From NCBI GenBank assembly GCA_038237245.1, contig JBBRYY010000004.1, positions 1,193-65,192 of the forward strand: a DNA stretch of 64,000 bases, given 5' to 3'. The notes below the pieces were generated by a model, which was not told the origin of the DNA, did no database searches, and saw only the letters and a list, made by a program, of their open reading frames with translations. Each line of letters opens with the position of its first letter. The first letter of the stretch is position 1. The position numbers and the translations under genes were made by a program. Positions 55,645 to 64,000 of the stretch are shown here, in pieces. This DNA is from Gemmatimonadales bacterium (GTDB taxonomy: Bacteria > Gemmatimonadota > Gemmatimonadetes > Gemmatimonadales > Gemmatimonadaceae).

Positions 55645-56154
55645 TCACATGGGTGCGGCCGGATCGAGGTCGAGCTTCAGCACGAGCGCGTCCTCCTTGG
55701 GGCGACGATAGTACTCCTTCCGGCGCCCGACTTCGAGGAAGCCGCGCGAACGGTACAGCGCTCGCGCAGCGGCGTTCGAATCTCTCACCTCGAGATAGAG
55801 CGAGTCCACTTTCGCCTTCCGCACCGACGCAATCGCTCCGTCGAGCAGCATTGCACCGATGCCATGACGACGCGCCTCGCCCGCCACTGCGAGATTCCCG
55901 ATCTCTCCCTCGTCGAGCACGAACCACGCGACGACGTAGCCGCGCACCGCACCGCCGGCATCGGCGATGAGGAAGGCGACGCGCGGATCGTCGATCAGCT
56001 CGAGGAATGCGCTCCGACTCCACGGATCGCCGAACGCCGCCTGCTCGATCGCGAGCACCGCATCGATGTCGCCGTCGCGCGCCGCGCGAAGCACGAGGGG
56101 CACCCGCGCATCGTGGTGCGCCACTCCCCCTCCCGTCTCTTCGCCGATGCGCAT
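55645..56154 (-). CDS. rimI: Ribosomal-protein-alanine N-acetyltransferase (GNAT)
   Basis: GNAT motif A (RRHGIGAMLL). Located after tsaB-tsaE, as is typical. Confidence 0.82.
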   Translation of the reverse strand: MRIGEETGGGVAHHDARVPLVLRAARDGDIDAVLAIEQAAFGDPWSRSAFLELIDDPRVAFLIADAGGAVRGYVVAWFVLDEGEIGNLAVAGEARRHGIGAMLLDGAIASVRKAKVDSLYLEVRDSNAAARALYRSRGFLEVGRRKEYYRRPKEDALVLKLDLDPAAPM

Positions 56155-56156
56155 CG

Positions 56157-56819
56157 CTACGCCACCGGCAGCGGACGACCGTGCGCGAGCTCCCACTTCA
56201 CCTGTGCCTCGGCGAGTCGCCCATAGTCGGGCTCCCACGCGGCGAGCGACACCGGCGGCATCGCGAGCCACGTACCGAGTCGCACGACATTCTCCGCCCG
56301 CGGCAGCGTGCGGCGCGGAAGTTCCTCGGGTCCGATCACGGCGGCGTGCAGCATCTCCGCCTCGCGCGCCAGCGCATCGCGATGGATGAGGCGCACGGGC
56401 GCGAGCTCCGTCACACGGTCGCCCTCGCGCTGGTACGCTGCGGCGAAGACCTCACCCCGCAACGCGTCCAGGATCGCGACGTATTCTCCGTCCGCGAGCG
56501 ATGCATCGCCCGCGATCAGCGCGAGCGACGAGACCGCAAAGAGCGGTATCGAATGCGCGAACGCGATCCCTTTCGCCAGCGATGCCGAGACGCGAAGGCT
56601 CGTGAAGCTCCCGGGTCCCGCGCCGCACACGATGCGCCCCAGGTCGCGCGTGGAGATTCCGGCCTCGCCGAGCGCGGCATCGATCGCCGGGAGCAGATGC
56701 TCCTCCGCACCACCTCGCATCGCCACCTCGCGCGTGGCGAGCAGCTCGTCGTCTCGCAGCACCGCGACGGAGCCCGTCGAGGTCGCCGCCTCGAGCGCGA
56801 GCGTCAGCACGCGACTCAT
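56157..56819 (-). CDS. tsaB: tRNA t6A biosynthesis protein TsaB
   Basis: VLTLALEAATSTGSVAVL..GPGSFTSLRV pattern. Confidence 0.86.
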   Translation of the reverse strand: MSRVLTLALEAATSTGSVAVLRDDELLATREVAMRGGAEEHLLPAIDAALGEAGISTRDLGRIVCGAGPGSFTSLRVSASLAKGIAFAHSIPLFAVSSLALIAGDASLADGEYVAILDALRGEVFAAAYQREGDRVTELAPVRLIHRDALAREAEMLHAAVIGPEELPRRTLPRAENVVRLGTWLAMPPVSLAAWEPDYGRLAEAQVKWELAHGRPLPVA

Positions 56820-57271
56820 CCCGCGAGGAGGAGTCTGCGCTCCTCATCTGCGGGATCGAGCTCGAGATCGATCGGCACCGCGTCCGCGGGAATGCGATCG
56901 CCGCCGCGCTCTGGCCACTCCACCAGAATCAATGCGTGCGAGCGCAGCATGTCGTCCCAGCCGAGGTTCGTGAGGTCCTCGGGCTTGTTCAGCCGATACA
57001 AATCGAGATGGTAGATCGGGAACCGATCGCCCTCATACTCGTGGACGAGCGCGTACGTCGGACTCGTCACCTCGGTCGTCACACCGGCCCCGCGGCAGAT
57101 CGCCTGAACGAGTGTCGTCTTCCCCGCCCCGAGCTCGCCCGAAATCGCGACGACGAGCTTGCCGTGCAGCGATTTTCCGAAGCGCTCGCCCCACGCGATG
57201 AGCTCCTCGCGCGTCACCGCGAGATGCCCGTGCGGGGCGCCGTCGGGCACGATGTGATGATGCTCATCCAT
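56816..57271 (-). CDS. tsaE: tRNA t6A biosynthesis ATPase TsaE
   Basis: P-loop GELGAGKTTLVQ and HLDLYRL motif. Confidence 0.88.
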   Translation of the reverse strand: MDEHHHIVPDGAPHGHLAVTREELIAWGERFGKSLHGKLVVAISGELGAGKTTLVQAICRGAGVTTEVTSPTYALVHEYEGDRFPIYHLDLYRLNKPEDLTNLGWDDMLRSHALILVEWPERGGDRIPADAVPIDLELDPADEERRLLLAG

Positions 57272-59331
57272 CAGCGCGGCGCTCGAATGCGGCTGAAGCC
57301 ATCGCCGCGCCTGGATCCGATCGCGGCCGCGCTTCCTCCGCCGCGCGCCTTCACCTCGAGCAGCTGGTCGCGCAACCCCGCTGCCGTCTCGAAGTCGAGA
57401 TTCGCGGCAGCCTCCTTCATCTGCGACTCGAGGAGCTCGATCAGCGTCCCCTGATCCATCTCGCTCGCGTACGTCGCCATCTGCTCGGCCACCTTCTTCG
57501 TCTTGTCATCCTTCTCGCCGCGCGCATCCGCGACACGCGTGATGAAGCGCACCTGGTCCGTGCTCTTCACCACCGACGTCGGCGTAATACCATGCTCCAC
57601 GTTGTGCGCGCGTTGAATCTCGCGGCGCCGCTTGGTCTCGTCGATGCAGCGCGCCATCGATCCCGTGATCCGGTCCGCGTAGAAGATCGCGCGTCCTTCG
57701 ATATGCCGCGCCGCGCGCCCCGTCGTCTGAATGAGCGACCGCTCACTGCGCAGAAATCCTTCCTGATCCGCGTCGAGCACCGCGACGAGCGACACCTCGG
57801 GGAGATCGAGTCCCTCTCTCAACAGGTTGATGCCGACGAGCACATCGAAGTCGCCCAGTCGGAGCCCGCGGATGATCTCGACGCGCTCGATGGCATCGAT
57901 GTCGGAATGCATGTAGCGGACGCGCACGCCCATCTGCTGCAGATAGTCCGTGAGATCTTCGGCCATCCGCTTGGTGAGCGTCGTGACGAGCACGCGCTCG
58001 CCGCGCCGCTCCCGCAGGCGAATCTCGCCGAGCAGGTCGTCGACCTGCCCGCGCACCGGGCGTACCTCGATCTCGGGATCGACGAGCCCCGTCGGCCGAA
58101 TGATCTGCTCGACGACAACGCCCTCCGACAGCTGCAGCTCGAGATCGCCGGGCGTCGCCGAGACGAAGAGCGCGCGCGGCGTGAGCTTGAGAAACTCGTC
58201 GAACATCAAGGGACGGTTATCGAGCGCGCTCGGCAGGCGGAAGCCGTAGTCGACGAGCGTGAGCTTGCGCGCGCGATCGCCGTTGAACATCCCGCCAATC
58301 TGCGGGAGCGAGACGTGCGACTCATCGACGACCACGAGGAAGTCCTCGGGGAAGAAGTCGAAGAGACACGATGGGCGCTCGCCAGACAGGCGCCCGGAGA
58401 GATGACGCGAGTAGTTCTCGATACCTGCGCACGTGCCGACCTCGAGCATCATCTCGATGTCGAAGTTGGTGCGCGACTCGAGGCGCTGCGCCTCGAGCAG
58501 CTTCCCCTGCTCGCGCAGCGTCGTGAGCCGCTCGGCAAGCTCCGAGCGAATGAGCCCGATCGCGCGCTCGAGCGTCGGACGCGAGGTGACGAAGTGCTTC
58601 GCGGGATAAATCGCCGCGCGCTCGAGGTCCGCGATCGTCTCACCGGTGACGGAGTCGATCTTCGAGATCTTCTCGACCTCGTCGCCCCACATCTCGATGC
58701 GGACGCCCTGCTCCTCGTACGCGGGGAAGATCTCGACCGTGTCGCCGCGCACACGGAAGGTGCCGCGCTCGAAGGAGACATCGTTGCGCGAGTACTGGAT
58801 GCCGACGAGTGCGCGGAGGATATCGTCGCGACCGCGCACGTCGCCGCGCGCAATGCTCACCATGCGCGCGCGATACTCGACTGGATCGCCGAGTCCGTAG
58901 ATCGCGGAGACGGTGGCGACGATGATGACGTCCTCGCGCTCCATGAGGCTCGACGTCGCGCGCAGGCGAAGGCGGTCGATGTCCTCGTTGATCGACGCAT
59001 CCTTCTCGATGTACGTGTCCGATGACGGCACGTACGCTTCCGGCTGATAGTAGTCGTAGTACGAAACGAAGTACTCGACCGAGTTGTGCGGGAAGAAGCT
59101 CTTCAACTCCCCGTAGAGCTGCGCGGCGAGCGTCTTGTTGTGCGAGAGGACGAGCGTCGGCTTGCCATGCGCCTTGATGACGTTGGCGACGCTCATGGTC
59201 TTCCCCGAGCCGGTGACGCCGAGGAGCGTCTGAAAGCGGTCCCCGCGCTTGAGCCCAGCGGAGAGCTCGGCGATGGCGCGCGGCTGATCGCCAGCGGGGT
59301 GAAATGGTGCCTGCAGGTCGAATTCGGCCAT
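57271..59331 (-). CDS. uvrB: Excinuclease ABC subunit B
   Basis: ATG at 59331 ([17 protein letters not shown]). GVTGSGKT, the beta-hairpin region [10 protein letters not shown] and a C-terminal UVR domain. Confidence 0.97.
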   Translation of the reverse strand: MAEFDLQAPFHPAGDQPRAIAELSAGLKRGDRFQTLLGVTGSGKTMSVANVIKAHGKPTLVLSHNKTLAAQLYGELKSFFPHNSVEYFVSYYDYYQPEAYVPSSDTYIEKDASINEDIDRLRLRATSSLMEREDVIIVATVSAIYGLGDPVEYRARMVSIARGDVRGRDDILRALVGIQYSRNDVSFERGTFRVRGDTVEIFPAYEEQGVRIEMWGDEVEKISKIDSVTGETIADLERAAIYPAKHFVTSRPTLERAIGLIRSELAERLTTLREQGKLLEAQRLESRTNFDIEMMLEVGTCAGIENYSRHLSGRLSGERPSCLFDFFPEDFLVVVDESHVSLPQIGGMFNGDRARKLTLVDYGFRLPSALDNRPLMFDEFLKLTPRALFVSATPGDLELQLSEGVVVEQIIRPTGLVDPEIEVRPVRGQVDDLLGEIRLRERRGERVLVTTLTKRMAEDLTDYLQQMGVRVRYMHSDIDAIERVEIIRGLRLGDFDVLVGINLLREGLDLPEVSLVAVLDADQEGFLRSERSLIQTTGRAARHIEGRAIFYADRITGSMARCIDETKRRREIQRAHNVEHGITPTSVVKSTDQVRFITRVADARGEKDDKTKKVAEQMATYASEMDQGTLIELLESQMKEAAANLDFETAAGLRDQLLEVKARGGGSAAAIGSRRGDGFSRIRAPR

Positions 59332-59381
59332 GCGGAAATATAACGAATTCGGGCAATGTTCGGCCCACAATTCGGACGAAT

Positions 59382-61556
59382 TTACTGCCGCTTGTCGACC
59401 CGCTCCCGTCGCTCTGCGCTCGAGATTCCCTTCACCTTACGGATGAGCCTGGTGATTTTCAGCAGATGGGCAAGATTCTCCACCTCGAGCATCACCGACC
59501 CCGAGATGCTGCCGCCGAGCCCCGATTTGAGCTCCATGCTCTTGATACTCGTCCCGCTCTCGGTAATTGCGGCGGCGACGTCGGCGTACAGCCCACGCCG
59601 GTCCGAGCCCTCGAGCGCAAGGCGCACGAGAAAGAGCTCGCCTTCCTGCTCCTTCCAGTCGATTTCCAGGCGACGCTCCGGCTCCTCCGCGAGCGAGAGC
59701 ACGTTGGGACAGTCCGAGCGGTGAATACTCACACCGCGCCCGCGCGTGACGTAGCCGACCACGGGATCACCCGGCACCGGCTGGCAGCACTGCGAGTAGC
59801 GCACCATGAGCCCGTCGACGCCCTGGATGCGGACGCCGCGCGCGGGGCCGCGCATGCGGCGCACGAGACGCTCGATCGTGCTCGCCTTCGCCGGGGCTTC
59901 GTTCGCCTCCTCCGGGAACATGAGCTTGAGCGCCTGCGCGATCGCTATGTCCCCCTGTCCGATCGACGAGATGAGGTGCTTCGAGTCGTTGAGTCCGAGC
60001 GCTTTCGCGGTGGCGTTGAGCAGCGTGTCGTCGGGCTTCACGTGGCGGCGGCGCAGCTCGCGGTCGAGCATCTCGCGCCCGATCTTCGCCGATGTGTTCT
60101 GCTCCTCGACGCGAATCCACTGGCGGATCTTGTGGCGCGCGCGTCCCGTGCGGACGTGCGCGAGCCAGTCGCGGCTCGGCTTCGCCGTGGGCGACGTCAC
60201 GATCTCGACCGTATCCGAGCTGCGCAGCTCGCGCGAGAGCGGCGCGATACGGCCGTTGACCTTGGCACCCTGGCAGTGCAATCCGACTTCCGTGTGCACC
60301 GCGAAGGCAAAGTCGATTGGCGTGGCGCCCTCGGGCAGCTCGATCACGTCGCCCGTAGGCGTGAGGACGAAGATCTCCTTCTGATAGAGATCGAGCTTGA
60401 GAAACTCGAGGAACTCGTCCGGATTCTTCGCGTCGAGCTGAAACTCGAGAATCTGGCGCAGCCAGCTCATGTCCTGCTCGGCCTTGTCCGCGCTCGTGCG
60501 ATTTTCTTTGTACAGCCAGTGCGCCGCGATTCCGTACTCGGCGGTCTCGTGCATCTCGCGCGTGCGGATCTGTACCTCGTACAGCTGGCGCCCCGGACCG
60601 AAAACCGTGGTGTGCAGCGACTGGTAGCCGTTGGACTTCGGCTGGGCGATGTAGTCCTTGATGCGCTCCTGCAGCGGCGTCCATCCGTCGTGGATGACGC
60701 CGAGTGCGTGGTAGCACTCCGGAACGGAGTTGACGAGCACGCGGACGGCCATGAGGTCGTAAATCTCCTCGTACGGCTTGTCGCGCGACTTCATCTTCTT
60801 CCAGATCGACCAGAGGTGCTTCGGGCGTCCGACGACTTCGACGTCGTTGATCCCGGCGCGCTTGAGCTCGCGGTCGAGGGGCTCCGAGAGCTGGTTGATC
60901 AGCTGCTCGCGCAGGTCGCGCTTCTGCGCGACGAGCTTCGCGAGCGCCTTGTACTCCGGCGGCTCGATGTACTTGAAGGAAAGATCCTCGAGCTCCCACC
61001 GCATCTGCGCCATACCGAAGCGGTGCGCGAGCGGCGCATACAGATCCATCGTCTCCTGCGCGATGCGGCGACGCTTCTCCTCGGGGAGATAATCGAGCGT
61101 GCGCATGTTGTGGAGGCGGTCGGCGAGCTTGATGAGGATGACGCGGACGTCTTTCGCGATCGAGAGGAGGAGCTTGCGGTAGTTCTCGACCTGGCGCTCC
61201 TCGCGCGATTGAAATGAGATGTTTCCGATCTTCGTGACACCGTCGACGATGTCGGCGATCTCCTTTCCGAACTCCGCGGCGACATCGGCGACGGTGACGG
61301 CGGTGTCCTCGACGACATCGTGGATCAGCCCGCACGCAACGGTGCTCGAGTCGAGATGCAGCTCGGCGAGGATCTTTGCGACTTCGACGCAGTGATGGAG
61401 ATATGGCGCACCCGACGACCGCTTCTGCCCGTGGTGCGCCTTCTCGCTGAACTTGTAGGCGCGCGCGATGAGGTCCGCGTCGAGTCGCTCGAGGCGGGCG
61501 TCACCCAGATTCAGCTCGGGGAGAATCGATTTGAGCGTCGGAGCTGTCAAAGCCAT
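59382..61556 (-). CDS. relA: Bifunctional (p)ppGpp synthetase/hydrolase (RelA/SpoT homologue)
   Basis: HD domain (HDVVEDT), synthetase motif (YQSLHTTV) and TGS and ACT domains. Confidence 0.94.
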   Translation of the reverse strand: MALTAPTLKSILPELNLGDARLERLDADLIARAYKFSEKAHHGQKRSSGAPYLHHCVEVAKILAELHLDSSTVACGLIHDVVEDTAVTVADVAAEFGKEIADIVDGVTKIGNISFQSREERQVENYRKLLLSIAKDVRVILIKLADRLHNMRTLDYLPEEKRRRIAQETMDLYAPLAHRFGMAQMRWELEDLSFKYIEPPEYKALAKLVAQKRDLREQLINQLSEPLDRELKRAGINDVEVVGRPKHLWSIWKKMKSRDKPYEEIYDLMAVRVLVNSVPECYHALGVIHDGWTPLQERIKDYIAQPKSNGYQSLHTTVFGPGRQLYEVQIRTREMHETAEYGIAAHWLYKENRTSADKAEQDMSWLRQILEFQLDAKNPDEFLEFLKLDLYQKEIFVLTPTGDVIELPEGATPIDFAFAVHTEVGLHCQGAKVNGRIAPLSRELRSSDTVEIVTSPTAKPSRDWLAHVRTGRARHKIRQWIRVEEQNTSAKIGREMLDRELRRRHVKPDDTLLNATAKALGLNDSKHLISSIGQGDIAIAQALKLMFPEEANEAPAKASTIERLVRRMRGPARGVRIQGVDGLMVRYSQCCQPVPGDPVVGYVTRGRGVSIHRSDCPNVLSLAEEPERRLEIDWKEQEGELFLVRLALEGSDRRGLYADVAAAITESGTSIKSMELKSGLGGSISGSVMLEVENLAHLLKITRLIRKVKGISSAERRERVDKRQ

Positions 61557-61654
61557 CCTGGCGTCACCGTGGGGCTACCCGTTCAACCTACAACGAAAGG
61601 CGTGCATCGGCATCTGATGAACGCCGTGGGGGGCGGCTGGTGCCCGGGCAACGG

Positions 61655-62368
61655 CTACAGGAGCCCGGCCTCCGCGAAGCTCACATACCGTCCCCGTCCG
61701 ACGATCAGGTGGTCGTGAACGGGGATGTCGAGTAGCCGTCCCGCGGCCACGAGTTGCTCCGTCACCACTCTGTCATCGGCTGACGGTGTGGGGTCACCGC
61801 TGGGGTGGTTGTGCACGAGAATGATCGCAGCCGCGCGCTCCGCGATTGCCTCCCGGAACACCTCCCGTGGATGCACGAGGGAGGAATTGAGAATCCCCCG
61901 CGTCACCGCAATGTCGCGCTCGAGGCGGTGTTGCGAGTCGAGCACCGCCACGTGGAACTCCTCCACAGGCAAGTCCTGCAGTCGCGATGCGAAGGCGGCG
62001 TAGACCTCGCGGGGTGACCGCATCGGAGCGCCCTCGTCGCGCCCTTCGTTCGCCATTCGGCGCCCGAGCTCGAGCGCTGCGTGGACAGTCGCGGCGCGCG
62101 CGGCGCCGACTCCGCGCATCGCGGTGAGCGAGGCGACGGGCTGCGCCGCGATCCGGCGCAACGAGCCGCCCGCGGATTCGAGAATGGCCTGTCCCAAGGC
62201 GATCGCGGATCTCCCGGTGCCCCCCGTGCCGACGACGATCGCCAGCAGCTCGGCGGCGCTCATCGAGACGGCGCCATGATCGCGCAGCCGTTCGCGCGGA
62301 CGCTCCGAACGGGGAAGCTCTCGAATACTCAGTGCGGCGGGTGCTGCTGTTCCGGCGGCGAGTGTCAC
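61655..62368 (-). CDS. radC: RadC-family JAMM-motif protein
   Basis: HhH N-domain and JAMM signature LVHNHPSGDPTPSADD. Confidence 0.87.
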   Translation of the reverse strand: MTLAAGTAAPAALSIRELPRSERPRERLRDHGAVSMSAAELLAIVVGTGGTGRSAIALGQAILESAGGSLRRIAAQPVASLTAMRGVGAARAATVHAALELGRRMANEGRDEGAPMRSPREVYAAFASRLQDLPVEEFHVAVLDSQHRLERDIAVTRGILNSSLVHPREVFREAIAERAAAIILVHNHPSGDPTPSADDRVVTEQLVAAGRLLDIPVHDHLIVGRGRYVSFAEAGLL

Positions 62369-62560
62369 GGAGGAAGTCTCACGAAAGAAGTCGGCTCGAT
62401 GTGGAACGCGTGCGCCCTAGATAGCCGGACGCACGCGCAATGAGACATCCCTTTCGTTCGACTCGGGAGGAACCGTCGCCGCCCCGCAGCTGCTCAGCGT
62501 GTCACAGCGAGGAGCGCACTGTCGTGTCGTGGCGACGTTGCCGGCGTCGGAACCCGACGA

Positions 62561-64000
62561 CTAGACCGTCGCTCCGTGGCACTTCTTGAACTTCTTGCCA
62601 GAGCCGCATGGGCACGGATCGTTGCGGCCGACCGCGGACCAGTCGGTGTTGCCTGCCGGCTGCGGCTGGCCCGAGAGATTCGTCATGCGCCCCGCGCCGA
62701 CGTCGCGAACATCCTTGCGCGCGACCACGTCTTTTTTCGGCGATTCGTCCGGGCCGATATCGACGTTCCCCTGCGGCTCCCCCGTCGCGACGGCGCTTCC
62801 CGAGTCATCCTCGTCCGCAGGCACATCCTCCAGGATGCCGAGCGCGTTGTAGCGGCGCGACGGCGCCGTTGCACGCGGAACTGACGGCCCTCTGCGTCCG
62901 CCGCCCTGCTCACCGGAGCCATCCGACGAGCCGCCCTGCTGCTCGATCACGATCTGCGCGCGCAGGAATCGCTCGGCGAAGGTGTGATACAGATCCGTCA
63001 TCAGATCGACGAACATCGTGTACGCCTCGTGCTTGTACTCCACGAGCGGATCCTTCTGTCCCCACGACCGGTAGTGGATCGCGTTGCGCAGCTGGTCGAG
63101 GTCGTACAGGTGGTCCTTCCACTTCTCGTCGAGGACGTGAAGCATCACGCGCGAGAGGAGCGCATCCGAATAGACATCGAGCGTCGTGAGCTTCGTCGCG
63201 AACGCCGAGTTCGCGGCCATGCGCGCGTGCTCCTTCGCCTCCGCGATGGTCCCCGGCCGCTCGCCCGCACCCACCTCGAACGCGGGAACGAAGAGCAGAT
63301 AGTGCATCAACAGATCCTGACGCAGCACGCCGAAATCCCAGTCGCTTTCGGTGTCGTAGCCCTCCAGCGCCTGCTCGACGCGGCGCTCGACCGCCTTCTC
63401 GACCATCTTCAGCGCTTCGCCCTTCAGCTCCTCGCCGCCATCGAGCGCGAACGCGCGCAGCGAGTAGATGACCTCCCGCTGCTGGTTCATCACATCGTCG
63501 TATTCCAGCAGCCGCTTGCGCGCCTGGAAGTTCTGCAGCTCGACGCGCTTCTGCGCCTGCTCGATCGAGCGCGTGATGAGCGGGTGCGCGAGCACCTCGC
63601 CCTCCTGCGCGCCGAGGCGGTCCATCAGCTTCGCGATGCGCTCGGAGCCGAAGAGGCGCATGAGGTCATCTTCGAGCGACAGGAAGAATTGCGTCGCTCC
63701 GGGATCGCCCTGACGTCCCGAGCGGCCGCGCAGCTGACGGTCGATGCGCCTCGACTCGTGGCGCTCGGAGCCGATGATGTGGAGCCCACCAACCTCCTCG
63801 ACCTCGAGCGTCGTCCCCTCGGGATCCTTCACCTGCGATGGCTTCGACTGGGTGACGCCCTCGCCCAGCTTGATGTCCGTTCCGCGGCCGGCCATGTTCG
63901 TCGCGATCGTGACCGCGCCCGGCTGTCCAGCGCCCGCCACGATCTCCGCCTCGCGCTGGTGGTACTTCGCGTTCAGCACGTTGTGCTTGATCCCCGCGCG
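62561..64000 (-). CDS. secA: Preprotein translocase ATPase SecA, C-terminal part (5' end beyond the window)
   Basis: The frame stays open to position 64000 (..[19 protein letters not shown]). [10 protein letters not shown] and the zinc-binding tail [14 protein letters not shown]. Confidence 0.95.
   Translation of the reverse strand, partial: RAGIKHNVLNAKYHQREAEIVAGAGQPGAVTIATNMAGRGTDIKLGEGVTQSKPSQVKDPEGTTLEVEEVGGLHIIGSERHESRRIDRQLRGRSGRQGDPGATQFFLSLEDDLMRLFGSERIAKLMDRLGAQEGEVLAHPLITRSIEQAQKRVELQNFQARKRLLEYDDVMNQQREVIYSLRAFALDGGEELKGEALKMVEKAVERRVEQALEGYDTESDWDFGVLRQDLLMHYLLFVPAFEVGAGERPGTIAEAKEHARMAANSAFATKLTTLDVYSDALLSRVMLHVLDEKWKDHLYDLDQLRNAIHYRSWGQKDPLVEYKHEAYTMFVDLMTDLYHTFAERFLRAQIVIEQQGGSSDGSGEQGGGRRGPSVPRATAPSRRYNALGILEDVPADEDDSGSAVATGEPQGNVDIGPDESPKKDVVARKDVRDVGAGRMTNLSGQPQPAGNTDWSAVGRNDPCPCGSGKKFKKCHGATV

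Noticed and set aside
22389-61217. Further very long antisense ORFs (22389-24410, 24521-25891, 32350-34992, 36189-37841, 43570-44775, 52125-54086, 57592-59025, 59304-61217).
   Set aside because: Same reasoning as above. They show biased Arg-rich composition and overlap hutU, hutH, tolB, uvrB, relA and others over their full length. They provide no independent support for coding.
62369-62560. 192-nt gap between radC and secA, inspected for a structured RNA (GCGTGCG-N15-CGCACGC stem, GTCTC/GAGAC and CGAAAG/CTTTCG pairs).
   Set aside because: Only one short 7-bp stem is geometrically consistent. The other complementary blocks are in the wrong order for a hairpin. The evidence is not enough to call a feature.
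1-64000. Search for tRNA, rRNA, tmRNA or RNase P genes, for mobile elements (transposase, integrase, phage genes), and for defence or toxin-antitoxin modules.
   Set aside because: Intergenic gaps were read by eye. The longer gaps are 14243-14567, 26366-26641, 51595-51872, 62369-62560, 24351-24529 and 37704-37868. None shows a tRNA cloverleaf or a known RNA signature. No ORF product resembles a transposase, integrase or known defence protein. YraN and RadC are widespread housekeeping-context genes.

Overview
High-GC (~68%) bacterial chromosomal core region. It is very tightly packed: about 58 of about 60 genes lie on the minus strand, and many share 1-4 nt start/stop overlaps. No rRNA, tRNA, CRISPR array, transposase, integrase or recognisable defence gene was seen. 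The gene content (PadR plus an ADOP-type duplicated FtsX permease, DUF4321, Tol-Pal, an LptD-like protein, TPR giants) suggests a Gemmatimonadota/Acidobacteriota-like organism, but this is inference only.

In coordinate order, all on the minus strand unless noted:
- 1-4900: LEA_2 lipoprotein (partial), rarA, ZIP transporter, hypothetical, CCA/poly(A) nucleotidyltransferase, and a plus-strand Cys/Trp-rich orphan.
- 4906-10825: a chain of genes joined by 4-nt overlaps: alaS, a 108-aa ORF, a PcrB/GGGP-synthase-like gene, a PHP phosphoesterase, an SIS gene and an SDR.
- 10858-14242: recX, recA, yraN and a lipoprotein gene.
- 14568-24350: ftsK, comB-like, accC, pilT, accB, M24 peptidase, aroQ and a TPR protein.
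- 24530-31256: a plus-strand ppiD-like gene, then tatA, DUF4321, polyprenyl synthase and a 1021-aa TPR protein.
- 31317-36851: hutI, a radical SAM gene, hutU and hutH.
- 36861-46615: FN3 lipoprotein, LptD-like protein, tatC, and cpoB-pal-tolB-tolA/tonB-tolR-tolQ.
- 46612-51594: epimerase, hemA, sirC-like, HemX/CcsA-like and a LysM protein.
- 51873-64000: ADOP permease, PadR, ssb, rimI-tsaB-tsaE, uvrB, relA/spoT, radC and secA (partial).

The observations most worth a second look:
1. A low-GC inverted-repeat family built from helically phased ACGGA pentamers, present at two intergenic loci (14321-14559 and 26479-26640).
2. The PcrB/GGGPS-PHP-SIS-SDR module that is translationally coupled to alaS.
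3. A radical SAM/SPASM-like gene embedded between hutU and hutI.
4. A pilT-family ATPase inserted between accB and accC.
5. Candidate operators: GTTC-N7-GTTC upstream of recA, CGAATTCG palindromes at the uvrB start, and AT-rich direct repeats at padR.

Nothing here is an unambiguous new system. All functional ideas are hypotheses that need database or experimental checks.
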